Positions 26,031-38,804 of a stretch of DNA of 64,000 nt are shown piece after piece. Under the pieces are notes generated by a model. It was not told where the DNA came from, did not search any database, and saw only the letters and a list, made by a program, of their open reading frames with translations. This DNA is from Felis catus (Eukaryota): positions 65,350,001 through 65,414,000 of the forward strand of contig NC_058368.1 in the NCBI RefSeq assembly GCF_018350175.1. The letters run 5' to 3'. Both the position numbers and the translations under genes were made by a program. Numbering within the stretch: position 1 is the stretch's first letter; every line of letters starts with the position of its first letter.

Positions 26031-26149
26031 TCCAGATTCGATTTTAGTTTTCTCATATTTCCTAAATGACTTTATCAAGCAATCTACTTTCCAGATTTGT
26101 TTTTATTTTTCTCATATTTTTCTAAATGTGCTTATCAAGCAATCAACTT
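26031..26149. repeat. Diverged ~60-bp tandem duplication (2 copies)
   Basis: tccagatt...ttctcatattt..ctaaatg..ttatcaagcaatc.actt at 26031-26089 and 26090-26149. Confidence 0.9.
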
Positions 26150-26877
26150 TCTGTATCCCATATGCACTGAACTATATTAGAAAATAAAATATCAAAACCA
26201 AAGAGCAGAAAGTACAGATTACCAAAAGATTAAGGTAGTCATGAATGTGCCTGTTTCCCATGTAAATGAATGGGGGGGCAGTTAGCATATTCAGTTCATG
26301 CTATGTTTTGAATATTTACAAATGGTGTTCAGACTGTGCTGTGCATAGTACATAACTTGAAGTAATCATGTAGTTGAGTATCAGTCACATTTCAATATGT
26401 AGTTATTGAATGCCTTTTGTTACAATGTACAAAGTGGAAATATCAAACAAAATAGTTATTATTTTGTGGGAGAAAGTTACAATGTAGATAGTAATGGTCA
26501 CGAGTTCAGCATGTGATGGAAACTGATGATGACAGTTTAAGTTCTGAGTTTCAAAGGCTGTTCTATTTCCTAGATATTTTCTTGGCAATTTCTGATGGTT
26601 ATGAGTGAGAGAATTCTACTTATTAGCCAACATATAATTAAAAGAACCAACTTCTTTTACTAACTGTTTAGTTAGGTCTTGAATATATTCAGAAAAGTCT
26701 TCTATTTAACGGCTTGATGGATCTGATGACCTGTCTTCTTGGAAAAGATTTCCAAGAGGACAATGGAATACATAACTTTAAATTTTAGGGGGAAAAGTAC
26801 ACAGATTTAATACCTTACCATCGGAAATAAAGTCGTTAAATATTTCATATAGCTGATCGATCTACAGTTTCATTTCA

Positions 26878-27220
26878 AACACTCTCCAGTTCAATCCACG
26901 TTGCTACCAAAGGCCATATTTCATTCTTTCTCATTGCCAAGTAGTATTCCAAATGAAATAAGTCATACAGAGAAAGACAGATACCATATGTTTTCACTCT
27001 TATGTGGATCCTGAGAAACTTAACAGAAGACCATGGGGGAGGGGAAGGGGGAAAACAAAAGAGAGAGGGAGGGAGCCAAACCATAAGAGACTCTTAAAAA
27101 CTGAGAATAAACTGAGGGTTGATAGGTGGGAGGGAGGGGAAAGTGGGTGATGGGCACTGAGGAGGGCGCCTGTTGGTCTTGTATGGAAATCAATTTGACA
27201 ATAAATTTCATATAAAAAAA
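26878..27220 (+). mobile_element. Felid L1 3' end with 5' inversion (twin priming)
   Basis: 26878-26951 antisense encodes EYYLAMRKNEIWPLVATWIELESV; 26952 onward sense encodes EISHTEKDRYHMFSLLCGS* then 3' UTR, AATAAA and A tail; TSD agtttcat(t/c)tcaaa. Confidence 0.95.
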
Positions 27221-28042
27221 GTTTCATCTCAAATAAATCCTTTCTCCTAGAAAATGATGTGAAACTGATATTATAAAACAATTTAATTTACTTAAGATTC
27301 AAGGGAAGCTCAAATCATTGAGTTATGGGATTAAAAGGAATTTTGTCAAGTCATTTAGTCTACCCATTCTTTTTTGAGGTTGTACATTAAGTACATGCTA
27401 CATGTTTGAGAAGCTGTTCTCTCTGATAATATAGGATTAAGTTCTCATTACATATTGCACAGTACATATTTGTTTTTCTTTTGAAATATGTATGTCCCCT
27501 TTCAAACTTTAAGTTCCAGGAGGGCAGGGGGCATGTCCTGTCTTTGTATTCCTGGTGCTTATAAAGGTGCTTAGAAGAGCAAGAAGTCATTCTCAATTTT
27601 TATTTTTTATTTCTGTCTTAAAATATTGCCACTGGAAGACTGATCCTAGCTTCTCTTGGTAACCAGTTGTGGAACCTTGCTTACACTTAACCTAACTATT
27701 CCTTCTGAGTTGCAGGAACATGATTTGACACATACATAATTTTGATAAGATATATATATGGCAGTAGTAGAAATGTCATCATATGGGTAGAAATATAGCC
27801 ATATGTTTGCCTGACCAACCGAAAGCTTGCCTGCCAAAAGTGGTCATGTACTCTCCTTGTTATTTCACACTTATACGTTAATATATCATAATCAGGCTCT
27901 TCAACTAATTCAGATTTTATTATGAATCATACATGGAGCGGGATGAAATTTATTTTTGCTTAGTAACCTTAATCACATAGGAAGTTTAATCAGTGATTAT
28001 TTAAAGTGCAAGGGGAAAAGTTAAAATATTTAGGGTACTTTA

Positions 28043-28262
28043 TTTTATTTTTAATTTTTTTAATTTTTATTTATTTTTGAGACAGAGAGAGACAGAGCAT
28101 GAATGGGGGAGGGTCAGAGAGAGGGAGACACAGAATCCGAAACAGGCTCCAGGCTCCGAGCTGTCAGCACAGAGCCCGATGTGGGGCTCGAACTCACAGA
28201 CCGCGAGATCATGACCTGAGCCGAAGTCGGCCACTTAACTGACTGAGCCACCCAGGCGCCCC
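28043..28262 (-). mobile_element. Felid Can-SINE, relatively young
   Basis: Antisense CpG-retaining SINEC; perfect TSD tagggtacttta at 28031-28042 and 28263-28274. Confidence 0.97.
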
Positions 28263-28907
28263 TAGGGTACTTTAAAAATAGTCATTATAATAAATTTGCT
28301 AATTACAAATCATTTATACCTGTGCAAGAAAAGAGACACAGGTGAAGTGGGAAGAGCCCTTTCTCTTCACTGTATAGCATGATCCCAGAATGAGCTTATG
28401 TATGTTATTGAGGATGGTTTTAAAAAATCACTATACGAATGTTATAAACCAAACTTACCTCCTAATCAATTGTTAAAAGTCATGAGGCTTGGGTAAAAAA
28501 AATTTTATAATAATACTCACTTCGATTGAGAAGTGTTATTGGCAGACAAAAAGTTGCTTGAGGACGTAAGTTATGCCTTGTATCCACGGTGACTGAGATG
28601 TAATTGCTCGTAGTAAATCTTCTGATGTTGGTAGAAGTTGTTAAACCAAATTCAAATAACCTATAGCTATATATAATTTAATTTCTGAAACTATGGCACA
28701 GATAAATAAGCCTTGACTTCATTTGTAATCTTAATTAATTTGTAATTAATTTGTAATTAATTAACATTAATTAATGTTTCTTTATGGTATTTGGCCAAGA
28801 AATATAAGAAGGAAAATTATAATACTGTGTTTTAGATGCATTTCCACTGGGAATAGTGATGATCAGTGAGCAGTTATCTTCCTAAACATTCCCCTGTGAG
28901 AGATTGC

Positions 28908-28985
28908 TGGTTTGTTCGTTCGTTCATTCATTCATTCATTCATTCATTCATCCAGTGTCTGATTTAATGAGCATTTATTAAGTAG
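28908..28985 (-). repeat. (TTCA)n repeat, probable L2 3' tail
   Basis: ttcattcattca run followed by 'tttaatgagcatttatta'. Confidence 0.6.
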
Positions 28986-30348
28986 TTACTATTATGAATA
29001 AAGTCCTATACTGAAACAGTGGATGGATTCAGGTATTTTTCTCTTTTCAGAGATATCTTCATTTCTTTTCAGAAGACTATGCAGTTTATAGGCAAATTGT
29101 ACACAAAAATTCATATTTATAACAGTACCCATGCTTTTAGAAAAGATTTTAAAGAGTCTGAATGTTATAAATTGTGACTTTTTAAAAATCATAGAGGCAA
29201 TATATTCATATGTAAATATCTCTGTTTTCCATAAAGAATGGTTTTAAGAACAGCCATTTCACTGTATGACTTGAAATATAAACATAAGGGTAATTCATGA
29301 TATTGCTGTTTTTTTTGGTTGATATGAATATACCCCTTCATGCTTGTTTTCATTTTTGGAGGACTGATTTTAATAAGATTACATATATCAAATCACTTCG
29401 AAACCACTCTGTTAACATAATATATTATAATATGCAATATGATATATTTATATATGTATTTTTCTACAAATGAAGCCTTTAATTTAATAACATGACTTAT
29501 ATTTTAAACTATAATTGGTATAGGCAATTTGAAATATATACTTTAGTATAAACATAGTCATATAGAAAATATATGACTTGGGAGAAATATACAGGAATGT
29601 AGTAAGCTATATTATTTTCATGATGCCATAATTTGGGGTTTTTAATTTTTAAAATAAATATAGGAGAAAAAAATCCTGAATGGTTAGGCAGTCATGTGGG
29701 GATTTTATTTATTTAGTAATGCTACTGTTCCTTGGTGGTTCTTCTTACTCAAACATAAATTCAAATGTATACATGGTGAACACAGGTTCAGCTTTGCCTG
29801 GGATAGCTCTGGTGTATACTTGTGCCATATTTATTAAAAACATCTACCTGCACTGTCAAAAGTAACCTGATTTGTATGATGACTGATAGGGTCACTGTAG
29901 CCACAGAGCACATTGTGAGAAGGGTTGGTTGTTTGTGAACTAGGTGTGAAAGTTGACAACACTACCTTAGATTCCTTGGAAGCCTGACTTGACCAGTTAC
30001 CATGGTGAATAAACATTTTGCACAGCCTTACCATGTCATAGATGTCCAAATCCCCACTTCTGTCTTTCTTGTGAATAGTCATTTGGGCTCTGCTTGGATA
30101 CTGTCTGTGACCAACCAGAAAGTACAAGTTCCTTCTGCTTCGGGACTGTACCCTTAACTGCTCAGAAGGGCACTGCTGCAGAACCATACAAAAAACTCTG
30201 CAACCAATTGTCCTTCCAGTTAAGGAGCTCCTCCAGGCTTCATCGTCCTTCTCCTTTATTCTGCATTACTTTTCTCTCAGCTTTGGGTTTTGAACTTCTC
30301 TTTAGTATTGACAAATTTGCAGATGAAGGTCCATGTGAGTGGGGCAGG

Positions 30349-30851
30349 GGTATTAGAGTTCTCCAAACAAACAGAAAACAAAACAAAAATATATATATGA
30401 AGAGGGGGTTTGTTATAGGAATTGACTCATGTGGTTATGGAGACCGAGAAGTCCCACAATCTGCCATCTGCAAACTGGAGACCCAGTGGTGTAATTTAGT
30501 CCAAACCCAAGGATCTGAGAACTGATTTTAAGTCTCTGAGTCTGAAGGCCTGAGAATCAGGAGCTCTGATGTCTGAGAACAGAGGAAGAAGGATGTCCCG
30601 ACTCAAGAAGGGAAATGAAGAAGTTGCCCTTCCTCTGCCTTTTGTTCTTTTTGTCCTCTGTCTTTTGTGGGCTCTCGAGATTGAATGATGCCCACCTGTG
30701 TTGGAGAGGGCAAATCTCTTTACTCAGTCTGCTGATTGGAATGCTAATCCTCTCCAGAAACACCCTCAGAGACACGCCTAGAAATCATGTTTTACTGGCT
30801 ATCTGGGCATCCCTTAGCCTAGTCAAGAGGTACATAAAGTTAACCATCACA
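30349..30851 (-). mobile_element. MLT2 (ERVL) solo LTR
   Basis: 'gtattagagttctcca', 'gagaagtcccacaatctgccatctgcaaactggagaccca', 'tctttactcagtct..tgctaatc..ccagaaacaccctca', ends 'ttaaccatcaca'. Confidence 0.9.
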
Positions 30852-33800
30852 GGGAGCAAAAATAGGATCACCCAAAGGGGCACTTTGGAAACGTGACAAA
30901 GACATGTCTGTGTCACAGTAGTTGAGCAGATGCCCCTGGTTTGTAGTGACTGGGGACTAGAGCGCTTGGCTCCCCTCATTGCAGAGTTGTCTCTTCTTCT
31001 GCAAGCCTTTCAGAAAGGGCTATAGAAAACCTGTGTATAATCTTCTGAGTTTGGAAGCTAACTCTATTATGCATTAAAAAGAAAAATATTCTCCCATGGT
31101 TTTACTATGGAGTGAATTTTTCAGAAATGCAGCTATCATTTGTAAATTTGAGAAAAGACTATACTTGGTTGTGCTCCATATTTTACGGGACCTTATTCAC
31201 TATTATAACAAATCATGCTACCGATGGCCATGCTGCCAGGCCTTTGGTACTTGAATAACTGACATGACACATTGTGTCTGTCCTCTCATTACTGTCATGG
31301 CCTCCTTGTGAAATCTGGCCTAAGCATTTACGTAGTGAACTACTATTGTTTTATTATAAACGACTTTTAAAAACTGAAAAATCCTTTTGTATTATAGTTA
31401 GTACCTTTTATTAAGAAAAATATATATGTGAGGTTATATTGTCTGTGAATTTCATTTCTGATATAAAATGGGATTGATTTTCAGAGAGTTGAGTGCTACT
31501 GAATCATCACTGCCTTAGGAGTCCAGATATTGCCTTAATCGTGGCCCTTAAGCCTAGACATCGAGCATCCAGCAGGTGAGGGCAGTGCCAGCTAGCCCTC
31601 ACCGTGTCTATGAAAGAAATTCACACACCCTTTCTAGCTCCAGAAAGCTCTGATTTTCAGATAATTCTTTTGCCGGGGATCAGACATGGCTGACTGCTTT
31701 TTCCACCCATTTATTTTACATTTTCCCTGTGGAGACATGCAGAAGAATCCAAGATTTGCTTCCATGAGATGATTCTTTAGATATTTTCATATGGCTAGCA
31801 TCCAGTTTCTTCTCCTAATCTTCCTGTGAATGCCTTGATGGCCCTGCACCTCTCAGTCATAGAGGGAGACTATTCCTCTTCAGACACAGGACATCCATCG
31901 TCCTTCCATTATTGCCAGCAAAGACGGCACCACGTGTTTATTTATTTGTTCTGGTCACATAATAATAAGGTTGGCAATATTGCTATTAAAAGCAGCCAAG
32001 GCCTACAAAGTCTATTGTAATTACTGTGGTTATGCTATACTTTGTTCAAATCTGTATGGTTAATTTTGTTATGCCTGGAACGTCCTAGCAGCCTGTAGAG
32101 ATAGTCCCTTTGTAAACAAATAGTGACATAAATAGAGGGACATGTAGTCTCCGGCTCCTGTTTTGCATCAGTTGTCTGGCCTGTGTTCGAAGCTGGATTG
32201 GATTGCTAACAAGGTGGTGATAGAAATTGTGACAGACTCCAAATTGGATGCAAACTCGTGGTTTAGGCACAGTCTGAGAATGTGCCCTTATGAAATTCTC
32301 ACCTGCATGTGTGTTAACTGTTGAAGGTTCCTGGGCAGGAAGGTCTTGGGGGCAGTCAGTTAGAAGAGTGATTTTTAGTGTCTGATATTCAGGAGTGAAA
32401 AAGAAAGACAAGCCATGGAGAAAACGGGTATCCTATTGGAGTACTCGAAGAAAGTTATGTGGAATACTTGTCAATTGCATGTGAGTGATACGTAATTCAT
32501 TCAGAAAGTTAACTTTGGCTTCAAAAAATACCTAAGCATCCGAATTGTATTGGCATTTCACATCTGTCTTATGTGAAATTGGCAATACCTTTGAAAGCAG
32601 TACCAAACCAAAATAGCTTTTGTTTTTTTCTTCTCTGGTTGCAGGGTCTCTTGAAGATTATCATTTTTAACCTCTGGTAGATTTCTTTTCTTTTGTTGAA
32701 ATAGATTTCTTTTTTTACTGTTTTTCATTCTTCAGCATATTTCCTCATTATTTGTTTCTATCTGAGGTGTCAGTAGCTCCTGAGGATGGGGTACACTCAC
32801 ATCCCTGTTTATTATGACGTGTGGCCAAAGGGTTTTATTTCCAAGTCAGTTTCCTTTGGCACTGTGAGTTGCATATACATACTTCTTCCTGTTTTGAGTT
32901 TCTAACTAAGCAAGAAGGACTGAAACTGAGAAGACCAGTGGCTTATTTGTCTTATTGTTCTATTATTATTATTGTTATTATTTTATAATCCCACAGTTTA
33001 ATTCGCATCCTTTCTTTTTCTCTTTTACAAAGATTTGACATAATTTCATGCAGCCTTGTGATTACTGTGACAAGCTTGCACTGTCCTTCCATCATTAGAT
33101 AACAATTTCCTTCTCTAATTTGGTAACCTGCTTTAAGTTCTCAAGTCAGTATCCCTGTGCTGAGCTATTTATTAAGGAGGTGTTCATTGTGAATAGCATG
33201 GTCAATTAAATGAAGAATAGTTTATATTTAGTTGAGCACCTTGAAATCTTTAGCTTGTTTAGAATACTGTAGGAACTCAACAGTTGTTCCACACGCTGGT
33301 GTATGATTTTGCCTTCTCAAAAACCTGATGTGCCCAAGAAGATTTGCCCCACCAGTGGATGATTTGATTTTAATGATATCCTATTTGGCTCTATAAACCG
33401 TACTGAAGCCATTTTTGCCATGCAGTTAGTAATGTCATTTAGTCTATGATGCTATTAGGTGATAATGAAAGAGATATTAGAGACATAACCATTTTCATAT
33501 TTAATAGAGAAGCAATGTGTTCTAAGTAATGAAGTTAGGACTCTAACCTGCCATTGTCAGTGCATGTTAACTCTGTTTTAGAGGTCCTTTTTTAGATCTG
33601 AGTAAATATAATTCTGTAATGTCCCTATACTCATTATGTTAGATGTTTGCTATCGTATTTTTGACATAGTAGCATCTAGGATCATTTATTTGACACAGCC
33701 CAAGAATAAAAACAACCCAAATCAAACAAACAAAAACTAAGAACCAATAAGGCTTGAAACTGTAGAAATGAAGTGGTGTTTCTTCTGCCTGGATTAGAAA

Positions 33801-33922
33801 AACCAATCCATTCTTTGAATGCCAGATAGCAAGCACCATTTTGTTTACTTTCTTTTGAAATAAGATGGGGATGTTTTTCAACAATGTTTCAACTTTTGGT
33901 TGGAATATGAGAGATCACTTTA

Positions 33923-34026
33923 TGTCAAGAGAGACAGGGCAAGCGGGGGATGGGCGGAGAAAGGGAGAGAGAGAGAGGGAGGGAGGGAGGAGAGGGGGAG
34001 AGAGAGAGAGAGAGAGAGGGAGAGGG

Positions 34027-34086
<60 letters not shown>

Positions 34087-34227
34087 CCCAAGCAGATTCC
34101 TCACTATCAGCACAGACCCTGGCGGGGGGGGGGGGGGTGGGGGGCTTGAACCCACGAACCGTGAGACCATGACCTGGGCTGAAGCCAAGAGTTGGACGCT
34201 TAACTGACGGAGCCACCCAGGTGTCCC
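33923..34227 (-). mobile_element. Can-SINE with expanded (GA)n linker and no A tail
   Basis: Antisense SINEC body; perfect TSD gagagatcacttta at 33909-33922 and 34228-34241. Confidence 0.93.
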
Positions 34228-36253
34228 GAGAGATCACTTTAAAGCATGACTATAACATAAAGCACTTGGGATGGCCTGCAGTGTGCCTTTGAGCACTTGT
34301 GTGCTCTTTTTCAAACATCCTCTTACTGAATAATTACTATATGTTAAGGCATTTCAGTGTTAAAATGGGAGTTTTCTATCCACTCCAGTGTAATGCATGT
34401 AAATAGCTTCCTGTGTGTACTCTTTCTTTTCTGTTCATACACAAGTATACCTGTAATAGGATTCTATTCTCTAAGAATTCTGTAAATGAGGGGATTATAC
34501 TACATATACTGTTCTCCAAATGACTTCCTCACAAACATTGTACAGTGGGACTTTTTCTGTAGTAATACATACTTCATTCTTTCTAAGCCATGCCTAGCCT
34601 TACTTTATGAATGCGATTTCCATGCTCATCTTTAGATTGTTCTAGATTATTTTTCCAGTTGTAAGTTTGATGCAGTTAGCTGAAACACAACCATTCTCTG
34701 TGTATGAGTTGTCAAGAGAATTCTATTCTGGTTTTCGTTGCTCTAAAATGTCTTTGTGGTGAGTTCTAATGTCATCAGAGATGGACAAAGAAAACTTGTA
34801 CATAAGATGAATTGCATGGAAGTAAGATTTCCCCTTTTTTGGCTTAATTTTTCACCCAGTGATTTATTTTACTCTTTGAAGTAACACAGTGTAAAGAGTC
34901 AGATAAGCTGATGATATGTGCTTTTGAACCTAGCCGTTGTAGGTGAGCCTGGTCTAGAAAACAAATCCAGAATCAAAGGGGTCGCATCAGTTAAGCACAT
35001 GAACCCACCCTCTTGCAGTAAACATAGATTTTAGCAGTTCATGAGTAGGAAGGGTGAAACATGGTGGAGTTAAGGATTAAGATCACAAGACCAAGCCTGG
35101 GGTATACACCTACTATCTTATAGTTCCCACATGGCATTCTTGTGTTTTTCATGACCCAGTGTATAAAGTGGGAGCCATCTGTTTTGTCTTCGGTGTGAGA
35201 ATTAGACTGTAAGTCACGAGACCTTGGTTCTCTTGTACCTTAGCTGCTCGTAAGGGTGCAGAAAGCTGGATGGACATGACCGCACCAGATCATGCAAGGG
35301 TGGTGGAGTTCAATGCAGAAACTTGGACCTGCTTAGATAGGAAACAATGAAGGGTGTATGTATGTGTACTGAGAAATGAGGAGGCTGGTACTGGATGCAG
35401 TGACCTAATGCCCGGTAAGTAAATTGTAAAGCCAAAGGATTCTTACATGGCTCATTGTTACATTACATTGTTGTTTGGGGTAACCTGGGTCTGAGGTTGA
35501 TGAGAACTGAGACCCATGTGCAGTGACAGCAGAAAAAGGGAAGGAAGAGTTTGAGAAAATTAGAATTAAAGTTGAAAAGCAGCGTTTTGTCAGTGTGTAC
35601 GATGATTAAGGTACGTTCATTTCCTGGTTATTTTTAGGGGTCATGAGAAGGAGTACACTTATTTATCAAATAATTTTGTCCTTTTTTTAAAAAAAAGTTA
35701 TTTGATATTTTCATACCCAAATTATGCTTAAAACAATAATTTTAAATTAAAAACAAAATTTAAATTTAGAAACAACAAGTTTTTTCTTGTTTAAAAAAGA
35801 ACTGTGTAGTTTATTATCAGTATAATTCTGGTCAGGAATTTTCTGAATACTAATTTTTTTCTTACCATCGAAAATGAATATGGTCATGTTGTAGAGAATT
35901 GTCATAACTAATTATAGTGTGTTTCCCAAGGAAATGATAAAATATATACCTGGAAGAGAATAAATATAGAAAATCACCATAGTGCAATTATATTTATTAA
36001 TTATTTTGCCTTTAAAATTACTAAATTATTAGCTTTTGAAAATTAAAATAACACCAATTAATAGATAAGGTCATACATATGAAATCATTTAATTAGTGAT
36101 TAGCTATATTTTTTTCAAAAGCATTTGACAAGCCAATTATTCATTTTCAGAAATTTAAGTCAACCATTGAATGTTAATACTCTTTATAGAATTTAAGATT
36201 ATTTCACCAGAAATGTGCCAAAGATTGGCTGACAGGAATTTTAAAATGCATAT

Positions 36254-36467
36254 ATATATATTTTTTCAACGTTTATTTATTTTTGGGACAGAGAGACAGA
36301 GCATGAACGGGCGAGGGTCAGAGAGAGAGGGAGACACAGAATCGGAAACAGACTCCAGGCTCCGAGCCATCATCCCAGAGCCCGACGCGGGGCTCGAACT
36401 CACGGACCGCGAGATCGTGACCTGGCTGAAGTCGGACGCTTAACCGACTGCGCCACCCAGGCGCCCC
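36254..36467 (-). mobile_element. Young felid SINE (SINEC_Fc type)
   Basis: 'ttcaacgtttatttatttttgggacagagagac', CpG-rich body; TSD taaaatgcatat at 36242-36253 and 36468-36479. Confidence 0.97.
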
Positions 36468-36843
36468 TAAAATGCATATTTTTTAATAATACACAAATAG
36501 GATATTTATTTGAGAAAATATTTGTCCTTCACTTATTTTGCGCCTTCACCACTCATATAATCATTACTAACCGCTGTTTGAGGGATTTGAGTCTCCCTCT
36601 CCTCTTTCTCTGTGTGTCCTGCTTTTACTGCAGACACTTTGTTGATGACATGTGTGAGTCGGGAATTTGCACGAATTGCTTTTGCCTGGTCCTCTAGCTG
36701 ATGTGTTTACACACTAAAGAAAAAAAAGAAGAAGAAGAAATTAGTAACACTCATAGTGTTCTGTTGTTTATTCATGACCAAAGCAATTCCAATGATGTCT
36801 TTTTATAAGGACATCCTTCTACACATACTTGAGGCCATCGCAT

Positions 36844-37042
36844 GTTTTTTTATGTTTATTTATTTTGAGAGACAGAGCAAGCGGGGAAGGGGCTGAGAGA
36901 GGGGGAGAGGGAGAATCCCAAGCAGGCTTCATGGTGTCAGCTCAGAGCCCAGTGTGGAGCTGGATCTCACAAACTGTGAGATCATGACCTGACTTGAAAT
37001 CAAGAGTCGAATGCTTAACTGACTGAGCCACCCAGGTACCCC
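36844..37042 (-). mobile_element. Can-SINE
   Basis: Antisense SINEC; degenerate TSD ag(g/a)ccatc(g/a)cat. Confidence 0.93.
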
Positions 37043-37316
37043 AAGACCATCACATTTTTAAACGTAGCTTTGGAATGTTGAATATACTTGGTTTACTCTC
37101 TTTCTGTGTCCTTAGTGTGTGGCAACTATACCTACATTGATTGAACCCTTTTTAACACAAGGCTCCAGGCTGCAATTTCTAGTTGATTAAAATTATTATT
37201 TGAACAGGAGACAGTTTTTTATTCATGCCTTAGACCATTACCAAGGAAATGGCTTTAGGTAAGTCCATTGTCTGAATATAGAAATAAAATCAGCATTCAT
37301 ACCTGGGTTGCCTTCT

Positions 37317-37539
37317 TTAAAAAAAAAAACTTTTTAAAATGTTTATTTATTTTTGAGAGAGAGAGAGACAGAGCATGAGTGGGGGAGGAGCAGAGAGAGA
37401 GGGAGACACAGAATCTGAAGCAGGTTCCAGGCTCTGAGCTGTCAGCTCACAGCCCAATGCGGGCTGGAACTCACCAGCTGTGAGATCATGACCTGAGCTG
37501 AAGTCAGACACTTAACCTACTGAGCCACCCAGGCGCCCC
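37317..37539 (-). mobile_element. Can-SINE
   Basis: Antisense SINEC; TSD ctgggttgccttct at 37303-37316 and 37540-37553. Confidence 0.95.
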
Positions 37540-38752
37540 CTGGGTTGCCTTCTGTATGGACTCCTGTCATTATCCATTCATGGTGTACTTTTCATGGGCC
37601 AAACCCAGTGCTGGAGACACAAAGAAGCCTGGTATTTCCCCGATCTCAAAGGGCTTATCATCAAGCGTTGTAGGAGGACATATGAACAAATTATAGTGTG
37701 GGGGATGATTGCTGTGAAGGATAACTTAAAAACATGCTCTAGAGCAGTGGGAAAGAACCAGCTAGACTCAACCCGTATCTAAACCTCTGTCTTCATTGGA
37801 AAACAGCATCCTTTAAATGGAATAATTTCTTTAGCAATCACCAAATAATAATTAAAATAAAAGCACCATCTTTTTAGCCCTCATTACATGCTCGACACCT
37901 GCAAATAATTAATTGTTGAGCATCTCTTTAAGATTGACAATATTCTAAAATATTTCACCTTGTTAAATCAGAGTTATAAGCCTTTTCCCCAAAATCAGTA
38001 AATCAAAATCTTATACCGTTACTAGGAACTCAGGGCTTCAGTGTTTGTTTCATTGTTCAGAGTAGAGTTGAGTGTACTTCACTCTCCTGAGAAAGTGTCA
38101 TACCTTGTTTTCATTTTTAATTTCTATAGCGTATGCACTAAGTGCTTAAATTCTCATTATCTGATCTACATTTGAGGAGCAAGCTGTGTTAGTACTTTGA
38201 GCCATTCTCATTAGCAAGGCAATTTTGACAGCATTTCCAAGTGTATAGACCTGTATTATAAATGTTAGGGGAGGTTTAGAAATGTAATGGGAGAGGTGGT
38301 CCCTGCTCTTATCCTTCCTGATATTAAAACTTGGCTGACTTTTAACATATTCATGGAATGGTTTTTATGTGGTCCTGCTTTTAGAAATCAAATTCAGGTT
38401 TTAACAATCCTTTTATTAGCATTTTTTCCATTAAAGTCAGAATTCACAGGTACTAAGTCATTTAAAAGTGCCTAAGCATGCATTATAATTAAAAATAGTT
38501 GGTAAACTCATTGGGCATCTTGATATTTTTCTGAACAGAAAGAAAATGACTTAATCTTTATACGTCGCTTTGATTAGCTGGGGACCTCTCATGATTCTCC
38601 AGGTTGCTGAATGTTACTCATGGTTGCCTTAACTTTTCTGATAACTATGCCATCTTTTGAACTCACAGTATGTTTTGGTCAATGTTAAACCTCTCACACT
38701 TTCTTGTTTTGGTGATCTCAAACCCTATGTTTTTATAAGAGACATGCTTTTT

Positions 38753-38804
38753 TCTTCCTTCCTTCCTTCCTTCCTTCCTTCCTTCCTTCCTTCCTTCCTT
38801 CCTT
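38753..38804. repeat. (TTCC)n microsatellite
   Basis: Direct tetranucleotide run. Confidence 0.95.

Noticed and set aside
30094..30896. 143-aa and 93-aa ORFs
   Set aside because: They overlap the MLT2 LTR and show no protein-like signature
33865..34237. ORFs with ER or SL repeats
   Set aside because: Translation of the SINE (GA)n linker
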